64,000 nt of DNA, from contig LSRY02000024.1 in assembly GCA_001643675.2 (NCBI GenBank), positions 1,178,001 to 1,242,000 of the forward strand, in the 5' to 3' direction. Under the pieces are notes generated by a model. It saw nothing but the letters and a program-made list of their open reading frames with translations, was not told the DNA's origin and ran no database searches. Positions 12,801 through 27,800 of the stretch are shown one piece after another; position 1 is the first letter of the stretch; each line of letters opens with the position of its first letter. Source of the DNA: Monocercomonoides exilis PA203 (lineage: Eukaryota > Protista > Preaxostyla). A program made the position numbers and the translations under genes.

Positions 12801-15800
12801 TCGCCTCCTTTGCATTCGCCCTCTTTGTTGACTTCTCTTTTGTCGAATCATTCTTCATTGTCACCGCTTGCTTCTCCTGCTGGTCGCCCTGAGTTCGTTT
12901 CTCTTTTGCTTGAAGATCCATCGCAACTTCCTCCCGTTTTCGCTTTGGTCAAACCAGAAGACGCTAAAAATGCAGAGTTCTTTGCGAAATGCATTGAGAA
13001 ATGTGCAAAGAAGTTCAACATCCAACTGAAAGAGTCTGAGAAGGAGAGAAAGAAGCACCCGATTGTTAAAATGGATACAAGCAGAGAGGCATATGAAAGC
13101 AAAGATGAGGAGAAGAAGGAGAAGGAAGTTGAACTGAAGGAATTGTCATTGAAAGTTCTGGAAGAAAAAACGAGGCAGAAAAAAGAGGAAAATGAAAAAT
13201 TGCTGCTTCAAAGGAAAGAAGATAAAAAACCAGAAAGCCAAAAAGAAGATAGCACGAAAGAAAAACAAGATGAATCAGACAAAAAAGACAAAAACAAAAG
13301 CAAATCAAATAAGAAGCAGTCAAAAGATAATTCCATTTCGTCAGCTTCTTCAGCTCCTTCTGATGAACATGACGAAGCATCAAAAGAATTACCCGACAGC
13401 AAAACAACTCCTCCTTCAACTCCTCCTTCTTATCCATCTGAGCCTCCGCAGTTGCTTTTCCTTCCTCATTCTCTTTCTCAATCTGTCATTTCTTCTCTCT
13501 TTTATCTGCTCAGTCAAACACAATTCGGCTTTAATTCACAGAAAATAGCATTGACGTGCCTTTCTTCGCTGGTCGGGAAAGAACAATTGCAAACATTCCT
13601 TTCCTGTCACATGCTGTCTGATATCTCTTGCTTGTTTGCATCACTCAAAGATTTGACAATGAAAGAAAGCGAATTAAAAACCGAAGAAGAAAAAGGAGAT
13701 GATAAAGAGAATAAAGAAGTTGTAGATTCTATTTCTCCGTTCTCTTCGGCTGTGTTCTCTTTGCTTCTTCAACGCTGCTCTCGATTCCTTCACGAAATGT
13801 ATTATGGCAAAACAACACATGCACTGACTGTTGCATTCATCGGATTGGAATTAAGAGAAGTTGATAAGGATGAGAATGGAGAAAATGAAGATGATGAGAA
13901 AGAAAGAAACAAAGCGTTCGATTTATTCAACAATTCTTCTGTTTCTTCTTATTTCAATCAGAACTCTTCATCAACTAACAGATGCTCTTTCACTTATTCA
14001 ATGCTATCATCATTTTTGTCAAAAAGACCAAGAAGTGATACGCTCCTCCATCACAATGATGAAGGCGCAGCACCTTTGATTCCTTCTCCTCTTGAGTCAT
14101 ATCCTGATCCACGGATGCAGAGAATAATGACCTCTGAAGAAATGTGGAAAATGTCTTCTGAAGAAGAGAAATGTGTGAAAAGCAGTTGTTTGCCTCTTTC
14201 TTCGAATGACGTGGAGACTGCTGAAGAAGAACAAAAAGGAAAATGGAGTTCTTCATCGCAATTCGAGTCAACTGTTTCTCAAATAGCACTTGCTTTTTCT
14301 TTCATTCCAGATCCTGTAAACAGATTTACTATGCAAAACAAGAAATTACGAACTACTGCAAGTGTTTCAAGTTCGATTAACTCTCATGTGGAAACAAAAT
14401 CGTTCTTTTCATTGAAAACAATACTTCACTCTCTCAATTTCGCTCTGACTCATCCACTTGATGTGAACTGCTCCTTGTTCCATCATTCTGCTTCGTCTCT
14501 TGTGTCACCTGTTGACAAGCAATTGATTGAAATGTCTGGCTCATCGTCAAGTGAATTGGCAAACTTTGCTCTTCTTCCAGATCTGCGATATTCTCTTCTT
14601 TCTCTTTTGCTTCTGCTTCTCCAAGATGTTTATACTCGTTCATGCTTTGCATCTGCCCTTTGGGAGATGAGCGATGGGGGAGATGAAATGAAGTTGAAAC
14701 AATTTATGATGGCTCTTCTTTGTGTTGTTGTTGATGAACATATGGAGATGGATGGTAACAAGAAAGAATTGAACAGCCTTTCGACAGATGCGAATAAAGA
14801 ATCTGTTTCCAATTGCTCAAACTCATCACTTTCATCGACTTCTTCAAATGTTCTTCCGCATTCCCTTCGTTCAATCATGAACCAAACAAAACTTGCCATC
14901 ACATCTTCTGCTTTCTACAAGCTCAAAGAAAGCGAGCAAGCAGACGAAAGATTATTCTTCTATGAAGCAGATTCTGATGGAGCTGAACGAAATGGACTGT
15001 TCTCTTTGGCTTTGAAAAGACTTTGCTGTGTTGTTTTGGATGCTCTCCTCTTCTCTTCCACACCTCTTTCAAGCGAAGATTCCTGGGTATCTCTTCTTTC
15101 ATCTGATCAGCACAAGAAGAAGATGGAAAGATTGAGACATGAGAAGAGAGGGATGATGGAAGCAGAAGAAGAGAACGAAAGCGAAAAAGACCGAGAACTG
15201 TCTGATAAGAAAGTGTTATCAAGTTCTTCGCTTCCATTTACTCACACATCTTTGTGTGATGTTGTGATGCAGTGCTTGCTGCATCTTCTTCCATCCATAA
15301 TTGTCACAATGGACAACGGATATTCATCCTCTTCTTCATTTTCATTGGATTCACTGTTTTGCATTCCAAACTCAACAACACAATCTCTTTCGTCCTATCA
15401 CATCTTCCTCTTCTGTCTCACTCAGACATTGGCTGTGAGGACTGGAAGGTTGTGCGATTTAACACAAAAACTGATTTCTTTTATGGATTGGTATGCAAAT
15501 CTGAATGCAACAGAAACAGAAAACGACACAGCTGGCTGCATTGGAGAGAATGTCTTTCCTTCATTGGAAGAATTGAGAATGCAGCTGATGGAAAAAATCA
15601 AAAAAGGAAAAGGAAAAATGGATCAAGCTGGTAATGATAAGGACACATCATCTTCTTCCTCATCTTCTTCGAGCGAAGATAATAAGTCACAAGAGCCAGA
15701 AGAATCTGGTGATGCTGCTTCTCCTCACTTGACTTTGCCAGTCACATTTGATCCATTGACTGCACCAGCCAGTTTTCAATCAACGACTCTGCAGGAATTG

Positions 15801-18800
15801 ATGGGTCCATATTTGGAGATGGCTCAGCTGTTGGAAGGAGAAAAGAAGGCAGCTTACAAAAAAGAGGAAGGCAAACAGGAATCATCGGTAAATGATTCTT
15901 CAACAGATCGCTTAGCTAACTCGTTCATTAATTCACTTTCTCTTTATTCTTCTCTTTCAATCGATCGACTGAGAGGCCTTGCTGGATTGACACTTTCGTT
16001 GCACTTGCTATCTTCTCTTATGCAGCTCACTTTGGGAAATGATGTTACAGAGCGTCTTCCAATTATCGCTGTTGGAGATGGAACCATCAGCAAAGAAAAG
16101 CCAGAAGAAAATATGAAAGAAAACGAAAAAAGCGAAGTAAAGGCAACTGATTCTCTGAAAAGCTCAAAAGTTGAATGTGAAGAAGACGAAGCCATCACAT
16201 CCATTCAGAAGCGAATGATGGAACTGGATCAAAAAGACAAAGAGAATTTTGTGCACAGCAAAACTATTGAATCAAAACCCACTCAAAACAGCAAACAAAT
16301 CAAGAAACCAGTTAAGCAAGCAGCTCAACGTTCGACAGCCGCATCGAATTGTCAGAAGGATGAAAACATATTGTCACAAATGACTGGCTCAGAGCATCGC
16401 TATCGCTATGAGACAAAGATAGATGAAGGAAAGTACTTTTCAAGTGCTGCTGAACGGTACAGCATGTGGCTGGGGGTTGTTCATTGGTTCGCAAAGGTAT
16501 CTTCTCCATCAGCATGGCTCATCAACACGTTGGAAGGAGATGAACGCGAAGAAAGTGGAGACAAGGAAACTGAAGGAAGCGAGAAAACAAATCCAAACAA
16601 AGGAATTTCAAGAAGGATGATTGCAAAGCATGTTGCGTATGTTCAGAGGGAGATGGCAGAGAGGCTGTTGCTGATGTATAGCAAAGGTGTCCTCCCTGCT
16701 GATTACAGAGCATTTGATGCATCCAACTGCAATGTTCAATCATGCTCTGTTATTTCTTCTTCAGCAGACAAACAGTCAAATCTCAATCAACAATCTTCAA
16801 CATCAACTGCAGCAGCAACAGTTAATCAGCCTTCTTCGTTCATTCCACCACCTCCTCCACCACTAATGTTTAACAGAGCATCCGTTGGTTATGCTTCATT
16901 TTCTTCACCTCCTGGATACTTCTGTCACACTTGCACACAAAATATGAAGAGCGAAGGAATGAAAGAAAAGATTGAAGAGGACAAAAAGATGGAATGCGAA
17001 AAAGTTGAACAAAAAGACAACTCAGAAAAAGAGAATCGGAAATCAAACAAACAAATTGTTGTTTGTGCTCAATGTGCACGTTGCCATCATGGAATGCATG
17101 ACTTGTCTATTCTTCAGCATTCCGCCGAAAACACATCAACATCAACTGTTTCCTCTTCATCTGCTTCTTCATCGAATTCTTTCATTTGCTCTGATTGTGG
17201 AAAGGCCTTTTCACTTTCTCATTTGATGCCGTCTGCTGCAGCATCGAATTCTTCTTCTCTTTCATCTTCTGAAAATGGAAACACATCATTAAGCAATTCA
17301 TTCTCGTTCTCATCAACAAATAAAGATCTTATTCAGATCTTTGGAGAAGATCAAGACTTCCTTTCCTCTCCTTCTCTTTGGGCTTCTTATTCACCAGACT
17401 TTTCTGATCTCTGCTCTCCTTCAACATCTCCTCTGATGTCTGAGTCTGTAATGCAGGTGTTGCATCGTGTCTTTATCTATCTGTTTAGGATGTGGCAAAT
17501 GAGGATGGCTCTGATGGCTATGAAAGCAATGGGCATTGACTCAGTCAGCGAATTAGAAAAAAGATATCCTCAATTGAGAGAACGCATTGCATCTATTGCT
17601 TCTTCATCATCAGATTCTGATCAACTTGAGGATTCAAAGATTGCTTCATTCTGTAATTCTCTTACAAACAAAGCAGATTCTTCTTATGCAACAGCAATAG
17701 ATGGAAATGTGCCAACAATTACAAACACAGTGACACTGGATGTAACTCTTTCAAAAGTGGAATCTGTCGCTCCTCACAATTCTGAGACGCACTCACCCAG
17801 CGGAAAAGGAATAAAGGAACGAAAGCCTTTTTCTTCAAAATTAATTGACACAAGAATGTCGCTGAGAGGATACCAACCACTGTCAAGTTCTTTACCATCA
17901 GCATCGAATGCGAGTGAGTGCTCAACATTGGTCTTTAAAGAAGGTTTGAATCCTTCTCTTCTTGTTGTTGAGCAGCCGAATGTTGAGATGTATACTGCAA
18001 ACGACGAATCATCATCACAAAAATCGACTTCAAACAGTTCTTCAACTGCATATTCACCTTCTCTTCTTTTTGCACAGCCACCTCTTTCACACTTAACTAT
18101 TGCAACCAGTCAGCCATATTCTGCTTCAAAGTATTTTAAAACACAATCATCCATATTGGAGCTTGAAAGAAAAAGAATGAAAGATATGGAAGAAGAAGCC
18201 AATCAGAAATCAAAGCCATCCAAATCATCTTCATCAAAATCATCTTCATCTTCAACAACAGCCTCTCCAGTCCCTCCGTCTTTCTCCACTCCGAAATACA
18301 CCCCTTCTGATTTCGAACAGCGCAGATATCGCAATCCAATTGCCTTTTTGTCGAAAGAGTTTCTGATTGTTGCTGATAGCGAAGGCGCAAGTATTATTAA
18401 TGTGAGTACTGTTATGTCTTCGCTTGTCGGAAAGCTGTGCACCAAAGTTGATACTGGAAGCAGCTGCGGAGAGAGAAGCGAAGAGGAACGAGAAATGCTC
18501 TTGAAAACAGTTGAGGATGCTGTCAAAAAGTGGAACGGAGAAGGAAATGAAACAATCAATGGAAGCTATAAAAAGGAAGAAGCCAAAGGAAAAGTTTGTA
18601 ATTATGAGAGCCAAGTCAAACGATCAGAGAGACATAGGTCAGACGAAGAGGAGCATCTCATGCATTTGAAAGGGAGAAACGGAGAAATGGCTTTGATGAG
18701 ATTGTTTGTGCCTGAAAACAATTCAGAGTCAGCATCAACTTCATCAAAAGCAGGTGATGGACATTCTTCCTCAATGATTCAAATGTTTGGGTTGAGACGT

Positions 18801-21800
18801 ACGAATATTGTCCGCTCGCAATACAGACAGTCTCTTCTCTCAACGCCACTTGTGACATCTTTCATGTCGAGAGCCATTCCAATACGGCCATGGATTTACA
18901 ACTCTCGATCACTTTCTTCAATTAACACACAACGTCTTTTGAACGGCAAACAGGCATTGAATGGAAATTCGTTGAGCTTCTCTTTCAAGAATGGGAAGCC
19001 GTGCATTCTGTACGAGAGGAAGCAAAATCATTTGCTTTGCACAACTTCAAAAGTTAATGAAAATGGTGAAATTCTGTCAAATATTCAAATTCCTGCGCTT
19101 AATAATTTGCCTTGTCACCCAATAACTACGCGCCTGGTGACACTTGGGTCAAATGGCAAAGAGTCGTCTTTATCGTATTTATCAACGGCTTCTCCTGCAA
19201 TTTCATTAGATTCACTGGCAGTTGTGCACATCTCAATTCATCACAAAGTGTGTCAAATTGCAGTGAATGAAAAGATCCCTGGGCTGGTTGCGATGACTGG
19301 GAAAAGCAGGTTGTGTGTGCTTTCTTTGGATCCAAATCTGCGATTCTCGAAGATTCTGCGAGATATCAACGTGGATCTGCACTTTGACAGTATTTATGAA
19401 GATGTGGACAAAGAGAAAGAAAACAAAGATAAAAAGAAGCCTGGAAAGAAGCTGCCACCTCAGTCTTCTTCTTCTTCAGATCGTAATTCGAGCCAGCCAA
19501 GAAGAATGCAGAGAGGAGAAAACGAATACACCGCCCTCATATTCCCTCTTCGCACTATTCTGAAAGTGCAATGGCTGAACACACCGAAGCCTTATCTTGT
19601 TGTGTTCACTCCTCTATCTATTCTCGTATACGATATCGATAACAGACCATCAATGCCTCTTTTGTCTCTGCGCTTGCCGTCGTATTCGAGTGTGACTACG
19701 GCTGCATCTTTGTTGAACTCAAGCATGGAAAGTGGAAGCACGCCAAGTCCAGAAGCAGTCAGAGATATGAAGAACAGAATTTTGAATTGCATCGTTGATG
19801 GATGTGCTGTGGAAGTGGAGGATGATATTGAAGAAGAAGAAGAGGAGGAAGAACAGAATGAAGGAAGAAGCGAGAGAAATGGAGAAGAAACAAGATTTAA
19901 TCAAAACTCCAAGCATTCTAGTTCTTCAATGCGAAAGACAAAGAACGTGATTGTAGCAATTGACGGAAGAGGGTCTATTTTCAAACACGAGCTGATTCTT
20001 CCGTCGTTCGAATACGACGATTGGCAGATGCTGATGAAAGATGATCTGAAAGAAGAAATCAATCAAATGGATGGCGAAAACATAGAAAAAGCAGAAAAGC
20101 TGAAAGAAAATTCGGCAGAGTCGAAGGCTGAATCTAAATTAGCTTTTGAAGAAGCGACTGAACTACCACAAATTTCAAATCAGCAAACAATCAAAAAGAC
20201 ATTACACGTATTTTGTTCATTCAACAGGATAAAGAATTTGGCAGTATCTTCTTCTACTTCTTCCAGCTCATCTTCCAATGCAAATGCAAATGATCAATTC
20301 ACAATGAACTTTTCACTCAACCCTGCTCTGCGCACATCTGTTCATGTGCAGCATGAATTGTCATCTGATTCAATTGGCAAGAATAAATTGGCCGAAACAA
20401 ATGAAAAGCAAGATGTTGCGAAAGCCTCGTTTTTGTGCGGATTTAAGGACGAGTTTTTGTATCAAGTGACATTTGATCTGAAAAAGTCAAAGGTTATGTC
20501 GATTGTTCCTCTTTTACACAAAACAAATGCAAAAGAGCAGAAAACAGCTTCTTCTTCTTCTTCCACTGCAACTCCTTCGAAGCAAAGTTCAAACGATAGT
20601 AAGTATTATCAAAGCTCCTCTTTTATCAAATATTCATTATCATCACCATTATCGTCACCTTCTTCTTCCTCATCTTCAGATTCAAGTGAAATCTCTGTCA
20701 ATCCTCCATTGTCTTTGTCAGTGTCTGCATGGGACATCCCTCTCGTGTTCACAGCCAGTCGCAACACTCTCATCATTTCATCAGCATCAGGCGCACCAGC
20801 CAGCATTTCTCTCTCTTCTCTTTCTTCGCCTTCTTCTGATTCAGAAGAGTATTCGAATGGCTCTTTCAACATTGTCAACAATCGAATCATCAACTTCGAT
20901 CGCTCTGTCCTTTCCTGCTCTTCTTGGAGATCAGCTGTGCAATCATCATCCACAGGCTCTGCCTCTTCTTCTGCCTCAGGCACACACATCATCGGCATGT
21001 CAGTCCTTCCTCCGTCTCCAAATCTGCTTGTGATGCGTGACATTGTTTCCCTCACTGCAAGCACATACCACTACTTCACAACTGCCCTTTCCTCCTCCTT
21101 TGGCAGCTTCAAGCAGTCAGTCAAGACATTGATGGACAGCCTGCTTGTTAATGGCCCCACGTTGAGATTGCCTGCACAGCCGAGCTGGCAAGCAGACGCA
21201 ATGCTTGGTACATATGATGAGAGATGGGCTGGTTTAGAGGAAGAAAGAAGGAATGGAAGAAGAGCAATCAGCAGAGGAAGCAACTGGAGAGACATTGATG
21301 AACAATACAGCTCCTCTCTTTCACAGCCGTCTTCTTCGTCTTCTTCAAATCTCTTCAATCGAAATGGCAGCCCAATCAGCTATTGTGTCGATGCATCAAT
21401 GGCTGGCCGCTCAACAGAGTATATGGAGAGATTGAGTCCAGCATCTGCTGCCACCAGCCTCGTTGCATCGTCATATGTTATGAGCAACAAGAACGACTCA
21501 GCAGATGCTCATTCATCTCATTCAGCACTCAATGCATTTGCACTCTCAACTTCTACAGATGAGATGAAAGCAAGGCAGATTTTGGGTGTTCATTCACCTG
21601 ACTTCGTTCCTTCTACTGCGTCTGCTACTCAAGGCACTAAAACTGCACAGCCCACATCATCATCGTCGTCTTCATCATCTTCATCATCTTCTTCTAATTC
21701 TTCTCCTCAACGGGACATGAATGAGATTGCAATTGAACATGCCAATTCACTCAGATCGACATCTCCTCTGCTGTTGTGTCTGATGTGCGACGATGGCTCA

Positions 21801-24800
21801 TTAACATTCTTGACATTCAACAACATTCTTCCTTCTTCTCTCAAAACTTATGCAGAAGCACGATTTCTGCAGTCGAACAATCCAATGCTCAACAACTCAA
21901 GCTCTTCATCAGCATCCTCGTCTTATTCTTCTTCAGCGACTGCTTTTGACTCATCCTTCAACGTGAACAAACCATCTCGTGTGCCCACGCTCCTCCATCC
22001 ATACATTCGTGATTCTGAAGCCTTTGCCTTTTCTCCTCTTTCGACTGCTTCACTTTTCCCTTCACTCCCTCAGCAGCTCCCAGCTTCAGCACCTCTTCTG
22101 CCAAATTCCCTCCTTCCACAAGCATTGGCAAAGTACGAAAGAAGAAACGGATCCTCATTGAAATCGTCACTTCCTTCATCATCTGCATCTTCATCCCATC
22201 GGACACAGAGCCTTCTTTCCTCTTTGCTCCATCAGCCGCCGTTTCTTCCTCTCAACATCTTTTCGGAGTCTCTCGCTTTTTGCGGTACAGCTGCTGTGTC
22301 TCCGTTGCATCCTGCTGCTGTTGCCACTGCTGATTTGTTGCTTGCTTCTGCAAAGAACTCATCGTCATCATCATCTTCTTCTTCTTCTTCCGCTTCCTCT
22401 TCGAATAGCTCACTTGCTCCTTATGATTCTGTTGGAAAGCAGCTGGACATTCTGAAGGTGATGGTGTGTGACATCACAGACGACTCTGTTTCAAATGATG
22501 AATTGCCCAAAAAACAAGAGAAAACTGAGAATACTGGAAAGACAGATAAGACAGAGAAAAAGAAAGAGAATGATAAATCAACTGATGCTTCAAGCAAGAC
22601 ATCAGCATCATCGTCTTCTGCTGCTGCTTCTGTTTCTTCTTCAGAAACTCCCGTTAATCATCCATCTTCCATGATGATGAATTTGTATGCAACTGAATAC
22701 ACCAAATTCTGTTCTCCTCCTGTTGTCTCCTCTTTAACTTCACAAATTCCTTGCCAGTTCATCTTTTCATCTCTGTTCTCCCATCCAACGATTGTTAACA
22801 CAACGGCAATGGAAAAACTATACCCAGAAAAGAAAGGGAAACTTTCCTCGTTGGATAAAGAATCTTCAACTGAATCTTCTACAACAAATGCTTCTGCTGC
22901 ATCAACAGGAACATCATCTGAGTCTTCTTCTGCATCTTCCTCTGCCATCTGCGCCTGCTCCTCTGCTCCAACTGCGAATGGTATGCCTCCTCATTCTCTC
23001 TTCGCATATCGTTTTGTGGAGGCCAGCACAGAAATCGGATATGCTGCCTCATTCAGCGGTACTCTTTTGGAAGAAGCATCAGAAAGCAAAGAGAAGTCTG
23101 GAGATGCTTTGGAAGCGGAAAACAGACTCAGAAAAGGAGAATTCGTCAGGTTTGTCCGCACTTTGGCTGCTTCTTCTTCTTCGATTGAAGAGAGCAAACA
23201 AGAAGAAGACAAGCCAACTGAAGCAAAGGAAAAGGAGAATGTTGAAACAAGTTCATTTACGCTCAATGCGAAAAACGGGATTTCACGCAACGTGGAGCTT
23301 GTTGGATACAGTTTGTATGTGAAAAACAACAGCATGAATGAAGTGGATGTTTCAATAAGACCATTTTTGCCTATTTCACCAGCAAAGAAAGATGACAACA
23401 GCAAAGAAGACACAAAAGATGATATCGAAAATGCTTCAGCTGATAATTCCTCTGCGTGCAATGGACATTATCTTATTAAGAAAGGAGAAGAGAGATGGAT
23501 AGATGCACCATTCAACTTGATAGGCTCAGACATCACATTCAATTCAGATTCTTCACCGCGTGCAGACCACATATCCATCCAATTCACTTCTGCATCAACT
23601 GTTACTTCTGACTGCATTCTCGATCTCACCCTTTCAATCCGCTTGTATGGTGTTCCATATTCCATCATGCGCTTTTTGGGCTTCTATGAAATGAACATGA
23701 GTGACCCACACTGCTTGACTTACTCAGCCAAATCGGATTATTTCGCACTGCGAAGCAAATTGAAAAGTCCAGCTGATCAAATATTCAGAGTGATGAGCTA
23801 TGCAACGCTGATGAGTGGGATGTGGAATGATTGGACAGGAAAAGAAAAGCGGTTGAGAGCAAGAGAGCTTTCGGAGAGATTGATTGAAGGAATCAGGAAT
23901 GCAATGCCTTCTGCAAACGAAAAATCATCTGATCCATTGTCTTCCTCAGAAGCCTGCCCACTTTCTCTTTCTAACATTTTGTTGTCTCAGCATCTTCCAC
24001 AACTCGCATGCCCATCAGCTTTAACAACATCTACAGCAGAATTCTCAACACAGCCAGATGTTCTTGATGTTGCACTGACAACTGTTGAACATCCATTCCT
24101 CTTAATGAAGGAGATAGAAAAGGCTTTGAAGTCAATGAACTGTTCATTCAGAAAAGACAATAAAGATTCAAAAGAAGAAAAAGAAGAAACTCAACCTTCA
24201 ACGCAGTTACAGTTGGTTAAGTCAGACAACGAAAAGTCTGTTGCTGATGAGCAAATAGTGAAAGTTTCAAGTGCCACGAACAGAATGTCATTTATAGCTT
24301 ATTTGAAGAAGCTTCGAAAGAACAAGGAAATGTTTGTTGGGGCATATCCATCCTTTGTGTTTGAACCAGCAGTGTCGAACTATCAGTCCAACATCATAAT
24401 GCTATCTGGATCAAATCTTGCATTGAAGCATTCATTCCCTTCAGTGTTTATTTCGTCTCTGTTACCAACTGTGTCTGCTCAGATGTACATGCTCTATACA
24501 TTTATCAAGACTCAAACTGAGTATTCATTTAATCATCTGACAAGTTCGAACAAGGAAAGCTCACGTTCCTCTCATTTGCGTCTCCAAAAGCCGTCACTCG
24601 CGATGACACCTGAACGTGTATCCACTCTGCTGTGTGTTTTCCTGCGCTTCTTTATTCCTCTGATGGATGTCACAATACTCGCACCTGAACACGTCATGGA
24701 GTGCTTGAAAATGCACTTGATGGACTACATGGTGCTCAATCTGCGGAAGGAGTCCGTGAGGAACAAATTGATGAAAGAGCGAAAATTGACGCAAGAAGAA

Positions 24801-27800
24801 AAAGATGAAAAAGAGATGGAAGCAAAGAGCAACGATTCAATGTTTGCTTTTGCAAATGATCCGATTTCAGCTGCATATGTGATATCCTCTCTTCCTCGCA
24901 TTTGCATGTTTCTGTTTGCGTTTTTCCTGAAGTATCTACCTTTGAAGCTGGCAGCTGTTCTTGCCAGTGGAAGGTTGATTGTTCCATTCACTCAGATGAT
25001 TCTGATGGATGGGCAGTTGAGAATCGAATGCATATCGACAATACATCTGGCGAAGAAGCAAGCTGAAGAAGCGCACAAAAGTATAGAGGTGCCAAAAGAG
25101 AGTAATGGAATAAAAGCATCCACGAAAACTGACTGTGAAGGAAATGAATGCAAAACCGCATTTTCAACAGAAATTGGAAATGCTGATCAAAGTGAGGCAC
25201 TTGAATTAAGTTCGAAAATAATATCAGCTGTGAGCCCAACATACACTTTCTTGCGTTCTCTTCTTCTTCATCCAGTGAATTTTGTTTCAACTGCATTTTC
25301 TTCCGCGTTTATCAAAGCATTGAAAAGTTGGAATATGCACTTTGGAGATTATATGATTTTATCAAGTGCGAAAGAGGAAGCAGGAAAAGAGGGGACAAAA
25401 ACCGAGGAAGTGGAAGAAGGTGATGATGGTATTGAAGATGGTAACGAAAAGGAGAAAGAGACAGAGACAGAAGCGAAAAGCGAGGAAATGATAGAGAAGG
25501 AAGAAAACGAAGAAGAAGAAGAAGCGGAAGACGAGAAAAAACAGCAGGAAGAAACAAGCACAGAAGATGATATTGACTTGTATTTCTGTGATGTTTGCTC
25601 CAAAACGCTGAAGCCATCAGATGTCAGATTTCATTGTACTGTGTGTGAAGATTACGACGAATGCGAAAGCTGCCACATGAAGCTTTTGGCAGGCGAAAAA
25701 GCTAAACAGAAAAGAGGAGATGATGAAGAAAACACTCATCTTTCTTCGCACAGAATGATCGCATTTGTTAATAAAGGAAAGCAATCAACGCAAACATCAT
25801 CTGCTTCTCCATCATCTGCTGTTGTACCTGTGCTGTCAGCATCTTCATCCACAAAACCGCCAAAGCCATCTTCTGAACACAAAATATCAGACTCGCCAAA
25901 GCAGATTGTGCTGACACCTGCAACTTCTCCTAAACAGACAAAGTCTCCAAAACTTCATTCAATCTCATCTTCTGATTCTCTTTCAGCTTCTTCTTCTGCT
26001 CCGTCATCTCAGCCATGTTACACAACATTCACAGCATTTGATCTGATGTATTCCTCTTCCTCCTCAGCCAATCCAAATGTTTGTCATCCTATTTTCTATC
26101 TTCCTCCTCCGTCTGTTCTCTCGCTCTGCCCAACAGTAGACATCTTTGGCATTCCCTTGTCTTATGTGCCATATGCCCTTCTCATTCACTTCTTATCTGA
26201 ATTCGCTTCAAGTAATTCATTTGCACGAGCTGTTAAAGATATAATGTATTCTTCAAATGATTCTGAAACTGATACATCGTCTTCTTCATTAAGTGATTTG
26301 ATTGCTTCAATGATCCCACACCACACTCCGACCATCTTCTCTTTGGGATCTCGAGTGCTGTTTCCGTTGGCTTCTGTGCTTTGCTCAATGCTCTCTCAGC
26401 CACTCTGTTCGCATGAGCCTCTTTTGGATATGAACAAAGAGAAGCTGATTGCAAAGGTCGTCACATTCGCTCTGAAGGAAAGGCATCGTTTTCTTGACGA
26501 GCCTGCTGAAGGCCATTCAACCAGCAACTCGTCTTCCAGTTCTGATTCAGGTGAGGTTGTTCTCCCTCCGCTGAATCTGAAGCTTCCGGATTGGATTCAG
26601 CTGTGTGCCTGCACTCCTGCCAAGCACACGAGACAGGAAATGATTAGCAGTCTGCCATCAGCACAATCAGTTCTTGCTTCTTCTTCAAATGCAACTTCAT
26701 CTTCAGTGAAGAATTCATCTGAGACATCTGCAGACAGAATGAAGCTGCATCCAATGAACTCCATAAACTACACTGAATATTCATCTGTCGATGTGTTGTT
26801 GTTGATTGTTTTATCTCAGTCACTGAAAAATCCATTCAAATTGAAAGAGGAAGGAAAAGAAGCGCCTTCACAGCCTTCCCCAGCACCAACACCTTCGCCA
26901 TCAATATCTCCTCCTCAAACTTCATCTTCACCTCCTTTGCCGGCATCAGCATCATCATCATCCTCCTCAACTTCAAATTCATCATCTTCTTCTTCTTCAA
27001 GTGTTGCAATGCCATTTGCAGTCACAATCAGCTCCTCCTCAAAGCCAATGTCTTCTCTCTTCTCTTCTTTCTCTCATTCTCCCTCATCGTCTCTCTTGTC
27101 CTTCCTCCACACATCCACTCGCTCTTCTCCTCCATTTGTCAGGGCATATCCACCAAACCCTGTGCAGCATGAGATCAACATCCAATCTCTTTCAAAATGG
27201 CTTGTTGTCGATGGAATGGCTGAGTGGCTCCTTTCAGTTGCTTCAAACATCATCTCCCGAATGATTAGATCTTTCAAACGATCAGACGAGTTTCCTGAGT
27301 CGTTCAAAATGGCAGCATCCACCTCGTCTTCTGTGGAATACCCTCATTTTGCCTCAAGATCATCTTCTTCTCCACGCTCCAACTTCTCCTCTGCCATCAG
27401 CACACTCCTCATCTCAACAGAGCTGACGAAGGATGTGCTTGGCGACTCGTTCCCTCTTTCACTGAATGATGTGCTGTTCACACAGGATGAAGAGGGATTC
27501 CAGCAATTGTGGCTGGTCGCTGCTCTGAGGCTGCTGAGGGAGATTGTGAGGAACAGCGATGAGAGGAAGGAGAAGGAGACGTTGAGTGCATTTGTCGACG
27601 GAGAAGAGGCAGAACGGCTGACAAAGGCATTTGAAAAAGAGGGGAAAAAAGGTAAAAGACACGAAAAGAAGAGAAATGAAGAGAAGAAAGAAGACAAAGA
27701 CAACAAGCAGAAAGAGAAACAAGCAGAAGCGGAAGAAGGCAAATTGACTGAAAGTTCTTCTTCTTCATCACTTCCATCTTCGACAGCTTCTTCTCAGCTG

